From assembly GCF_030144855.1 (NCBI RefSeq), contig NC_082731.1:25792001-25856000 (forward strand): DNA of 64,000 nucleotides, given 5' to 3'. The stretch is from Hypanus sabinus (Eukaryota). The notes beneath the pieces are model-generated. The model searched no databases. It worked only from the letters and a program-made list of their open reading frames with translations, and was not told the origin of the DNA. This document shows positions 11,501 through 22,568 of this stretch, piece after piece (the stretch's first letter is position 1; every line of letters begins with the position of its first letter). Both the position numbers and the translations under genes were made by a program.

Positions 11501-12172
11501 ATAATGTTATCGTATATTCTGAATCACCACCTAGAACCTAACCCTTTAATTGCTTTGTTCGGTTTCTGGGATGAGACAGATTTAAGTCTGAGTTCGACTA
11601 AGTGCCGAATATTATCTTTTGCTTCTCTCCTGGCTAGACATTTAATCCTCCTTAGATGGAGAGATGTTGCCCCGTCCACGCATGCTCAATTGTCTAACGA
11701 TATTTTGGCCTGCTTAGACCTTGAAAAAAATCATTATTCAGTTCTTAATTCGGATATTAAGTTCCATAAGTTCTGGGGACCTTTAATTGAGTACTTTCAT
11801 AAACTTCCTCTAAACTAAGTTTTTTTTTCCCCTGTCCCATGCTTTCAGCTCCTTTTTTTTTGGTAGTAGGCATTAATATCTTCTGTTGCTTAGTGTATTT
11901 ACAGTTTTTGGGGGTTTGATTGTCCTGATTTATATACTCTATATTGTGTTGTGTTTGGTCTGGAGTTCTTTTTTTTTGTTGCCGGACTTGGAGATAATAT
12001 TAATTTTACATGTCTTCAATTTGGGTGCTTTCTCAATTATATTTCTTTGTACCATATTATTATTGTATGCTTATTCTTGCACTTTATCCATGTTCTTCAT
12101 TTCGATCTGTTTTTTTTATCTGTAGCAATGTAGAAAATGCATTCAAAAACTAATTAAAAACAATAAAAATAA
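8526..12172 (+). mobile_element. L1-clade LINE, 5'-truncated, decayed ORF2 with A-rich tail
   Basis: DIWRFLHPTERDYSFFSHVHHTFTRIDYF at the start; GKSPGPDGFPVEFYK..SYRPISLLNVDVKILAK (9414..); RGTRQGCPLSPFLF (9918..); C-terminal HMYWFCP; aataaaaataaaa tail at ~12160-12172. Confidence 0.93.
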
Positions 12173-12739
12173 AATTCTAAGTACACAACATCAAACGGTT
12201 TTACTTAGTCTGTCCTCGGTGTTATTTCTCCAAGAATTCCAACAATCTTTTCACGCAAGGGTTCCCCTTAAAGTAAGCATGCTACCTACAACCTATTTTC
12301 GCATGTGCTTCCAAGTATCCTGAAATCAGACTGTTAACAATCGGCTCCAGCATTATCGCTTAAATGGCCTACAATCGATTATCTTCTCCGTCGTAAAGTG
12401 GAGTGATTTTCTGAATTTCGTATTCTGTCTTTACCTTCTTAATAACATTTTGGTTGTCTTCTATTTGTATTTAATATCTTACCAATCTGTAAGCTTCCCA
12501 CAAATGATTGCTCCATGATATACTCCCATTTTGGCTGTTACGTTGGCTTTGATTTCTTGTTATTCACGATTGAGTCATCTTATCTTTTAGTAAGCTTCTT
12601 CCTGTTTGTTATGCGTACGTTCTACGCCCTCAGAATTGCTTCCAGAAATTCTAGCCATTGCTGCTCTGCCGTCATCCCTGCTTGTGTTTCATTCCATTCA
12701 GTCCTCGCCAGCTCCTCTGTCACCTAACTGTAATTTCCA

Positions 12740-13121
12740 GTCTAGTGTCTCTCAGTCCCTGTCTCAGGGTGATATCTATCCGCTGACTGGTGCCTCTCAT
12801 TTCGTTTAGGCTGAGATTATCTGTATTTCAAATAAAATAAATTTTCCAACGCTGAAGTTGATCATCTGAACAAAAAGCGAAAGATCTTCAATCCGGTTCT
12901 GGTCTGAGCTGCTGACCTTTCTCCTGTACAGATGCAAACATCTTTAGGGGAATTGAAATTTCAGCTGGGGGAGTGGACAGGAAGCTACCACTCTGGTTTC
13001 AGTTGGTAAGAGCCTGTTCAGCAGAGACACCCTCTCTCACTCGTAGTCAACGTCTCTATTTAATCAGCACTCACTTCGATTTATGTTAATTCCAGCCTGA
13101 GCTGAGGCACCGATCGCAAAA
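12740..13121 (+). promoter_or_regulatory. V2 promoter region (ATGCAAAC 12932-12939; TATA-like TATTTAA 13057-13063)
   Basis: Close paralog of 2090-2480, directly upstream of the V2 leader. Confidence 0.6.
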
Positions 13122-13197
13122 ATGATTAAGTCGGACACACTGCTCAGAACGAAGGTTGTGGTTCTTTACATCTGTTTTCTCTTGTCCCGTATTGCAG
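13122..13197 (+). CDS. IGHV: VH2 leader exon, long form (MIKSDTLLRTKVVVLYICFLLSRIA)
   Basis: The position of V1's ATG is AAG here (13152-13154), but an in-frame ATG lies 30 nt upstream at 13122 with A at -3. CAG|GTATGT donor at 13198; intron 109 nt. Confidence 0.75.
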
Positions 13198-13306
13198 GTA
13201 TGTTGTCCGCAGCCTGCCGCACAACTGGGGCAGGCGGCTGTTCGGAGCCTTTGGCGCCTATGCCGCCAAGACATTGTATTAATTTCTGCTCTTTGTTTCT
13301 TACCAG

Positions 13307-13604
13307 ACGTGCGTTCCGACATCCTGCTGAGACAATCCGACTCGGCCGTGGTACAGCCCGGTGTGTCACACAGACTGTCCTGTGCAAACAGTGGTTTCAA
13401 TGCCAACAGCGACTACATGTCCTGGGTGAAACAGGTCTCCGGGAAAGAGCTGCAAATGTTGGTACGTTATTATAGTGAAAGTTTTAAGTTTTACGCACCA
13501 GGAATCGACAGCCGGTTCACCGCTTCCAAGGGCGGCAGTAATTTTTATCTGCAAATGAACGACTTGACACTGGACGACTCAGGCACATATTACTGTGCGA
13601 CAGA
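13307..13604 (+). CDS. IGHV: VH2 exon, IgW-like heavy-chain V segment, open frame
   Basis: CCAG acceptor; DVRS-DILLRQSDSA..LSCANSGF..MSWVKQVSGKELQML..FYAPGIDSRFTASK..DDSGTYYCAT. 71/95 aa identical to VH1, no stops or indels. Confidence 0.93.
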
Positions 13605-13643
13605 CACAGTGAGAGAGACTGGGACTGGACCGGGACCAAAACC
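13605..13643 (+). other. 23-bp-spacer RSS of VH2
   Basis: CACAGTG (13605-13611) + 23 nt + ACCAAAACC (8/9 match to consensus). Confidence 0.95.
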
Positions 13644-14244
13644 CACCAAGAACACTTGCCCATAGAGCGCTGAGGGAAACGGCAAGAGATACCGCTACAG
13701 CTCGATGGCGATCCTTCTAGACAGGTTAGGTCTTCCACGCAAAGGAAAGCATGTTGTGAGAAAGGAGGTGCTGAATGGATCGACCAAGGCTTGCGGAGGA
13801 ACATGCCACACGGCAACTCGAAGACAAGTTTTAATGGGTTTGTGATCACCTATATACTTGGTCAGATGCCGGGCCTTCACGTAAATGCTACGTAACAACA
13901 AAACTTTTTGTTTAATTGGGCTCTTCAGGCGCTTACGCCGGCCTTTAATCTGGGACAGATCAATCAGATTCCGTGTGGGTAATCTAGGACTAAGTAAAGG
14001 TTCGACTGGAGATCTTTTGGGAAGCGAACCGAACAATCGAGGAACAGTGACTCCCAGCGAGGACCAATGGAAGTCCAGAGAAAGAACATATTTCATCATA
14101 TGCTCGCCATGCGAGGACTGGGATGGCCGATATCGAGACTCACTGTGTGGAACACAGGGGCACAGATGTGAGGGCGGTGAGGGTTCCTGAGTCTGGGGGC
14201 TGACTCGCGGATTCAACTGTTTTCAGGCTGGATGGGATAAAGGC

Positions 14245-14293
14245 GGTGTGTGAGCTGTGATAAAGCACGACATTGGGGAGCTGAACAGAAACT
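14245..14293 (+). pseudogene. D-segment relic: nonamer-12-single heptamer-12-nonamer
   Basis: ggtgtgtga + gctgtgataaag (12) + cacgaca + ttggggagctga (12) + acagaaact. There are 31 nt between the nonamers versus 46 nt in the V3 copy, a difference of 15 nt (one heptamer + 8-nt D). Confidence 0.65.
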
Positions 14294-14569
14294 GTTCCCG
14301 TCAAATCAGCACCGCAGACAGTCTATTTGACTTCCGCATTGTTGCTTACCAGAGTCAAATCACTGACTGGATTGCTATGATAGGCAATTAAGAGTTAATG
14401 TCCCTTAGACTCTGTGCCTTACAATCCTGTGGGTTGTAGGAAACCGGTGTCCTCGGACAGTAAACTCTGAAAATGCCTCTTTAATCCACACTTCAGGAAG
14501 AGCCAAGTTCAGGGTTTGGGATAGAAATCCAGGATGCGGCTGTTCCCCGTCCTGGCAAGGATCACGTTG

Positions 14570-14610
14570 ACAGGTGTTGAGATTATTGGAGGTAACTGTC
14601 ACAACCATGG
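14570..14610 (+). pseudogene. Possible JH relic with internal deletion
   Basis: acaggtg, ttga, gat-tat-tgg (DYW), ag, gta-act-gtc-aca (VTVT). A weak ggctgttcc nonamer lies 23 nt upstream of the heptamer-like word; no clear GT donor. Confidence 0.4.
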
Positions 14611-14959
14611 ATTCAGCAGTGCAGAAGATTCCGCATTTGCGCTCGTGAATATGCACGAGCCAGCTATGACCTTTGTCTCCATTCGTTCCGTCATAGTATT
14701 TGTAAAGGTTTGGACACCGCAACGCTTCGGTGCCTGTTTTGCATTCTGCCTTGCCTGAGAAATTAGACTGTCTTCTCAACTGACTCTGAAGACTAGCAGT
14801 ATTTGTTTATTATCAGTTGTTCTTTTTAGCCGTACAGCAGGCTTCGTTATTCATTTCAGGGTTTTAGTTATCGGTCCTGTTTGGCCTAGCGTTTATTGTG
14901 TTATGGTTAATGTTTAAGGTTAGGGTTCCGGTTATTTATTGGCGACCGCAGGGAATCAC

Positions 14960-15265
14960 CTGAAATTAGTGATAACAAGTACATGAACTTCCGCGAACTA
15001 GCTGGGTTTCTGTAGAGCTCAGTAACAGTAGAACCGGGACCTAGCCACCCTATCAGTGAACTGTCCATAGACCGGGAAAAGACTGCAGGGGAATGAGACG
15101 GATCCTGTCACCAGACTGTGCCTTGACACCAGACGATTTTGCTGAGTGAGTTCACTGTTTGCTTGAAAGCTGGGTTATGATACTCAGCACCAACTGAATC
15201 TATGGTCAGGGGCTAATTGTTTAATTGCAGTTGAACGTGCTTCATGTCAGTGACATCAACGGATT
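14960..15265 (+). repeat. Non-coding block K downstream of the D/J relics, paralog of 52780-53078
   Basis: agtgaac(t/c)gtccatagaccgggaa..ctgcaggg..ggatc..gtcaccagact..tttgctga..tgcagttgaac..tgtcagtga is shared by both sites. Confidence 0.8.
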
Positions 15266-16749
15266 TGTTTTGCGTCGTTATTGGGATCAGGGGTTACGTT
15301 CTGCTTCTTTCACGTTGAAGATGATCGGGTTAAGACTGGTTGATGGTTCAATATCCCAAGGGCACCAGTGTGTGTCAGTCCCATCATGTGCAGTCCGTAC
15401 CAGCATAGAGCAGACAAGCGATATCACACAATTAACCTAATTTGCTGCCCTCCTTCATCTTTGCCTTGGTTTGTGTAACAAGTGTTTCCTACATTAACAG
15501 TGTTACTGGTGATTGAGTAAAAGTGCCTGTTAGATAAAGTGCTCACATTTACATAGCACAATTCACGGTGTCCCGAACACCTCACCGGTAATCAAATGGT
15601 TTCAATATACAACCTGTTGTAGAGTCGGGGATGTGCAGCCTCTCTGTACACAACAGAATCCATAAATTGCAGCGTGAGAACAATCGGCAATCTGGTCTGG
15701 TGATGTTACTGAAGGGCAAGTATTGGCCAAGGACAACATGGACACAGTTTTCCAATGGGCCGACACAATGTGGATTCAGAGAGATGGAATACGAAGCAGT
15801 AGATGAAAATGAATGACTAGCGCAGAGAGAAGGGTGGACATTCCATAGATACCAACCCGACGAAACTATCAAATTTCAATTAATTTGATAATGATCTGCA
15901 AAAGATTTGGATCGGTTGTCAGGTGCACACCATCTTAATAATTTGTATTTTCAGAAAGTCGAGTCATTAGAAATGATGCACATTCACTTTTACTGATGTC
16001 TCTTAAGGAAGGAGATCTAATAAACCTACCTTTCAAGCCGATTTAGGACTCCTGAACTATCAATGTGTTTGTCTCCAAATACCCTCTGAATGGCAACACA
16101 AATGAGTTTACCGGCAATCTTCAGATTCCAAATGATGTATAAATAATATTACCCACCTGTTGTCCATGCAATCCTGTGTTCTGTCAACTTATTACAATAC
16201 AGACTGAACTCAGACCGAGTTTCACACTACTAGCTGATTCATCATCGATCATTTTCTATAAATACCCTTGTTATTTCATTATAAATATTCTGTGAGTTGA
16301 GGCACCCAACTCCAGTTCTCCTTTGCACTCATGCAGCCACGTAATCCGTGGATCTCCAATAACACCCGCTATCACCGCAGTACTCTGCAGATCCATGATG
16401 CTCCAGCTCCCGTTTTCACCTCAGCAACCTGCTGTCAGTTTGATGGGTGGCTTTGTAAAACCCGGAGGAACACTGATCCAGAGAGAATCATACTCATCAC
16501 CCGCAGGTCTCTAGATGTATAAATTCTCCGGCTGAAAATCTCACCAACTAACATTATTGTGCTGTCTGCACTGCCAGCGATGAGCAGCTCAGCGGGCATC
16601 TCTGTGGTGCTTAAAGTTTATGTTTCACATGAGTGTTTTTTCACCGAAATCTGTCAGTCTGATTACTGGCAACTATGCTGCTTCCATTGTTTTTACTTAC
16701 TGAAATTGCTTTCATGTAACCATTTGATTTCCTTTAATTTCAAATCTTC

Positions 16750-19700
16750 TTATTACATTCTCATCAGTTAAATGAACATATCAACAATAGCAATATCAAG
16801 AGAATAGGATTACAAAAATAGCTATAACACATACAAACATAAGTTCCAAATATCATATCCAGCCATGTCCACCCGATCTCTTGATAACTGAAACAAGAAA
16901 AAGTTCAAAAGATTAGTTCAGAAAAAAGAAAAATAAAATGTCCCTTAAACTAAGACAGACAACAAAACTAAAAAATGAAAATAGGAAAGAAAAACTGGGC
17001 TGGTACAATATGTTGATTATGATTATTCTGTTCTTGACTCCGTTCCTCCTTCCATAAACGGTTAAGTAATAAGGAAAATGATTCAAATAAAAAGAATAAA
17101 AATTCCAATTAGTTCATATGTTTTTGAGTTGTTGAATAAAAGACTCCCAAGTTTCCTCGAACTTAATCGAGGAATTAACCGTGCCACTCCTAATTTTTGC
17201 TATGTTTTAATAAGCTATAGTTTGAGAGAAGCATTGAAGTGTAGTAGGGGAATCAGAGTTTAAAGAAAATGGATCTTTTGGTCATCAGCGTAACAAATGC
17301 TATTAATCGGCAGGCTGAAGGTGATAAAGAACTAGAATGAATCACTGGTAATCCAAAAATTGCAGTAATAGGATGGAGTTGTAAATCAATGTGTAAAACT
17401 GCTGAAACATTATCAAAGATGTTTTTCAAAAGAGTTCTGGACCAAAACTTATGGGTTAAAGAAGGAACCTCACAATTACATCTGTTACACATAGGATTTA
17501 TATGGGTATAAAAACGGGCTAGTTTGTCTTTTGACATATATGTTCTATGAAACACTTTGAATTGTATTAAAGTATGTATAGCACACATTGAAGATGTATT
17601 AACTAATTTAAGAATATTTCCCATTCTTCTATGGATATACTTACTTTTATTTATTTTATTTTATCAGATATACCTGAAGGGATTTTCATAATCAAAACGT
17701 AGGTAGTTGCTATTCCACTCTTTTTGCAAGGCATTTAATCTTAAAAGTTTCTTTTTTCCGTAATTTTAGCTTGATTGCCATTGGAAAGGTAGGCAAAATA
17801 ATATACAAAATTTTCGAATCTGTGGATGTCTAAAGAAGTGCGATCTAAACAAATTGTATTTATCAGATATCTGTTCAAGAAATATAAAAGAGTTATTCGT
17901 CAATAAATCACAAAAACGGTTTATTTCTTTCATTTTCTAAAGATGAAAGGCTTGATCAATTCTGGATGGTTGAACAAAAAATAAAATAGGGCTAGAAAGG
18001 GTAAATTTACTCAAATCAAAAAATGTACGAAATCGAAACCATATTCGTATTGCATATTTAATTGTTGGGTTAGTAATTTGTTTGTTCAAGTTAGTAAAGC
18101 CAAAGGGGAGTGAAGCCCACAAAATAGACGCCAATGAAAATCCTCACACAGACTCACGGTCAAGATTCAACCACCTTGGACTTTGGGTTTTATCTAATTC
18201 TTGGGTCCAAAATGTTAAATTTAACCAACGAGAGAGTAAATCGGAAAAACATTTTTAAAATTCTACTATAAATCCATCCGTACCAGAGTATTTACCGGAG
18301 TTCATTAATAACTTACTTTCTGTATTTCTTCCTCCGTAATAGGTGTATTTAATAGGAAACATTCATCAGATGGTAATTTGGGGATATTCAATTTCCTTAA
18401 GAATTCAGGCATTGCAGTAGAGTCGTCTGCGAATTCTGATTGATATAAAGAGGGATAGAATTCTTGAAAGGATATATAATAATCTCATCATGGTTAACTA
18501 TAAAATTACCACCCTGTTTACAAAAACTAATAATCTGAGGTTTAACCGGAACAGTTTTCAATTGATTAGCCAATCATTTCTCCGATTTATCACAATTCAC
18601 ATAAAATTTAGATTTAGTTTTAAGAAACTGGTTTTCAATGGGAGATGTTAATAACAAACTGTGTTGCATCTGAAGTTCAATTCTCTTTTTATAAAGCTCC
18701 AAATTAGGAGTAACTTAAACTTCTTTATAAATTTCATTAATATTATCAACCAATATAGACATTTCATTATTGCTTCGCCGTTTTAAACAAGCAGAGTATG
18801 AATTAATTTGTAACTCCTTGCTTTAATAGTATGTGCTTTAAAAGTTTCCCATAATATCCCGCTGGAAATTCCTACAGTGGCGATGGTTGAAAGGAACCAA
18901 ACGATCTGTTCTCTAATGAAGCAAACAAACTTTAAGTAAGGTCGAGTTCCAATGCCATCGTCTATTTCTAAAACTTAAAACTGCTAATTCAATTGATAAT
19001 TACAAAGGTGCATGATCAGAAACAGAAATTTCATCATAATCACAAGCAATGACAGTTGAACCTAATCGAGAGTAAATTTAAAAAAGGTAATCAATTTTAG
19101 AATAAGTGTGATATACATGAGAGAAAAAAAAAGAAAACTCTTTATTATTAGGGTGTAGATGCCGCCAAATATCTGAGATTCCAGGGTCAACTGAAAAAGA
19201 TTTTTTTTTTTTAAAGTATATGTATTTGGTAGGATTTGTTTAACTGCATACCTATCCATCAAAGGGTTCAAACAGCAATTAGAGTCTCCGACCATTATCA
19301 AATTATATTTATTTAAGTTAGTAATGCAAATGATTACTTTTAAGAATTCCGGATAACCGACATCTGGAGTATAAATATAAACCATAACATATTTTTGATC
19401 ATAATAAAATCGGTGGGTCTGAAATTTTCTCATAATGAACGAATAGAGTCGAAGAATCAATAAATATAGAAACACCTTTCACCTTTGCGGATGAGTTAGA
19501 ATAAACCTGCATGTCCGTCTAAAATCTAAATAAACGTTGATTGTCCAGCTTCCTCACATGACTCTCCTGTGCAAAAATAATTTGAGCTTTCAGTCTATTG
19601 AATATTTAATAAAATGTTTTCCGTTTAATCGGATGGTTGAAACCATTAGTATTCCATGAACCAAAATGAATAGTTTTATCCATTTTCAATTAGTTTATCA

Positions 19701-21320
19701 TATAATGTGTAAAGGCTACTGTAGGGAAGTCATGTTCCCAAAAAATGGAAAACAATTCAAAGGAAGAGCCGGAAGTCACGACAGTCAGACACATTTGTAG
19801 TTTCAACCCAGCCCAGAAAAGAAAGCATAAAGAAAAAAGAAAACACCGTTTCCCACCCCAAAGAGCCAAGAAACTAACGAATAGAAAGTTAGTAAGCAAA
19901 CTACACCAGATTCTATCCCCATCTCGCCAGTGACGGAATTTCAAACTTATAAAAAAAGGGATTCATACCACTCACATTTTGCGCATCCACCATTTTCGTA
20001 AGCGTATTATTTAAAAAATCACGAAAATCCAGTTTCAAAAAAAAAGGGAAAATGTGCTGATAGATTATTTATGTTTCACAATTTCAAAAAAGGACAATCA
20101 GTCAAGTAGATCTAAAATCAAACATAGATTTTTTAAATAGTCACAAAGTGAAAAATCAATAAAGAACGGCTTTGTCATAAAGATATAACGAATGCTCTTA
20201 ATTCAAATCTGAGTTACATTTTACTAAATGAAAGAGAGAAAAAAACGAATCGATGAATGTACAGATTTATTTTCTTTCACTTAAACCAAGAGTATGTTAA
20301 AACATAATAATAAATGAAAATTAATCCTTAATCCGTAGACTGTCATGTTTTCAATTTACACCAGTCTCAAATAGACGATTGACCATTTTAAACATTTTTA
20401 ATACATTTCAGAAAGCCATTTAAAAGAAAAGAAATAATTATCTTAAAAATATGGCAAATACTTATAACTCGAAACAGAAAACACATTTTACCAGAACGTA
20501 AGTAAAAAAAAAAAAATCTTTTAAATCTTTTCAACTGAACTGAACCATTTGAGGGATCAATCAGATAAGATTATTCGGAGAAGAGCAGGGTATAATAACG
20601 CAGGTCTTAATTTAGCATAATATAAATCACTCATCACCGAATTAAATGCCGATCTCTGACGCATTACTTCCGGTCTAGAATCATCTACCAATCGAAATCT
20701 TAGGTTTCCATATTCCATATTTTGTTTCTGACGGGCAAGTCGAATTAACTGTCCCTAAATATGTACATAATGAAATCGTAAAATGATATACCTTAACTTT
20801 GAACCCGATGCCCCCCTCATTCTCGGGACCCTATGTGCGCGATCCACAATTGGTGACTTTGGGAACATTTCCGAGCCAAACACCTTCCTTAAAAATAGGG
20901 AGAATATTTCAGTGGGGTCTTCTCCTTACTCACTATCTTCCTGAAGGCCAAATATTCTAATATTTTGTCTTTGACTTCGACCTTCAAGACCCATCATCTT
21001 ATTTTCCTGTTGTTCCAATGTTTGAATAGCCAAATGCATTTTCCTTTCCAATGTCTCGACTCTGCCTTCCATCTTCTTATCGGATTCCTCAAGTTCAAAG
21101 ACACATCCCTCTCACTCCTTAGTCTCCAGTTTAAATGTTTCCATTGCATTTTTAATTATCCTTAACGTCAACTTCACGGTGTCATTTTTTTCTTCCAATT
21201 TCGAATCTCTCTGCTGGATTTTCTCGTACTGTTCTGTGATGAGTGCCTGCTTTGTGAATACTGAAAATAATTCAGTGGGAGAAAAGCAGCTCCTATTCCT
21301 GGTCAAATAAGTACACAATT
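16750..21320 (-). mobile_element. L1-clade LINE, decayed, with ORF2 and ORF1 remnants
   Basis: Minus ORF 17253..17624 (LIQFKVFHRTYMSKDKL..CNRCNCEVPSLTHKFWS) is the L1 ORF2 C-terminus; an endonuclease remnant lies at ~19060-19480; an ORF1 remnant (EGRSQRQNIRIL) lies at ~20950-21000. Confidence 0.85.
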
Positions 21321-21343
21321 CATGTGATACACTTCGTGTGATG

Positions 21344-21365
21344 CTCTCTCTCTCTCTCTCTCTCT
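21344..21365. repeat. (CT)n microsatellite
   Basis: Eleven uninterrupted CT units. Confidence 0.95.
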
Positions 21366-21829
21366 TGATTGTCGTATTACACAGTGCGTGGTAAACACAT
21401 TATATGAAATGCCATCTGCAAACAAACATTAATTTCACAGTCTTCGGATCTCCTCCTGACGGTAACATGGTTAATAGCAAGCGGAATTGGCAGACAATAT
21501 ATTTCTGCTGTATTTATTGACCATTTTCTGTTCTTTATTAACCACTGAATATCCACGCTTTCGTCCTGTTACTTGGTTTGCTGACTGGAAGAGTCAATAG
21601 TGCTTTCCTGACCGGATTTATCATTGGACGACAAGACAGCCAGTAATTGGAGGGAATCCCGAAAGATTTTGTAACAAGATATAACTGTAACACGATGGAA
21701 ACCAAGCTAATCTTGGAAATGAGACCGCTCTGAACGTTGAGCCAATTAAGTGTCCAAACGTTAATATGCTACTCTCCATTCTTTTCCTATCAGGAGAATA
21801 ACTGATTAGGTAACTGACATTTATTCAAT

Positions 21830-22030
21830 TGGTTGTGAAAGAGATAAGAACTGTAATGGTCAGGGCAGTATGGCACTTCAGTCTCCAGTTTTTCAGGTGA
21901 TGATGTTTCGAGGAATGATGCAGAATGTGTTCTACAATTCTACATATCGAGAACGGACTCGTCTGTGTGTTGATGAGCAACGTTCCACTGACCAGTAAGC
22001 AGAACCATTCGCAGCAATCTAGCAAGACTT
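21830..22030 (-). mobile_element. Old Rex/Babar-like LINE 3' fragment
   Basis: Minus frame HHHLKNWRLKCHTALTITVLISFTT resembles the RSLKxHTxRLKNSFFPT terminus seen in the better-preserved copy at 41748-42353. Confidence 0.45.
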
Positions 22031-22517
22031 CAACAATTTAACAACGCTTGTCTGAGATAGGTAAGTGTCCCTCTAGGAATCATTGGAACTGGATTCTCGT
22101 CACATGTACTCGCAAACCTTCTTCCATATGTCTGTTTTTGCTTTCTCTACTTTTCGGCCCTTTAATGGACTTCGACAAAATAGGCTATAGATTATAAATA
22201 CAATCCCTGTGCAATTTATGATCATACTTTGTCATCCATAACTTTGATTTCAGTGATACAAAGCTGCTACTATGGCATCTAGACAGTCCATATCAATACA
22301 AATCAATGATCAGTGTATTATTCTAGCTACTTGAGTCATACATTTCCGTAATATATTAGAGAATTTAGAAGAAAGATTCCTTGGAAGAGCTTTCAAAATG
22401 ACATTCATTCTGCAAACAATGTTTCCTTTCTTAATTCAGGCTGGTAAAACCAAAGGAACGGACACAGCAGCACACTCATTTATCAGCTGCTCGGAACTTT
22501 CGGAATATTCCCGTGGC

Positions 22518-22568
22518 TATTATGATTATTACTGCTGCTGCTACTACTACCACTACTACTACTACTGC
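22518..22568. repeat. Compound trinucleotide microsatellite (TAT/TGC/TAC)
   Basis: tattatgattattactgctgctgctactactaccactactactactactgc. Confidence 0.9.

Noticed and set aside
16320-16600. Ig C-like or V-like fragments (STLQIH..VFT; HYCAV followed by cactgcc)
   Set aside because: Cys-Trp-Cys spacing does not fit an Ig domain, there is no nonamer, and the paralog at 37555-37650 does not conserve the motifs.
21565-21650. Hydrophobic frame (HAFVLLLGLLTG) as an Ig transmembrane exon
   Set aside because: Lacks the conserved Ig TM pattern (FxxLFLxxxxYS..T) and clear splice sites.
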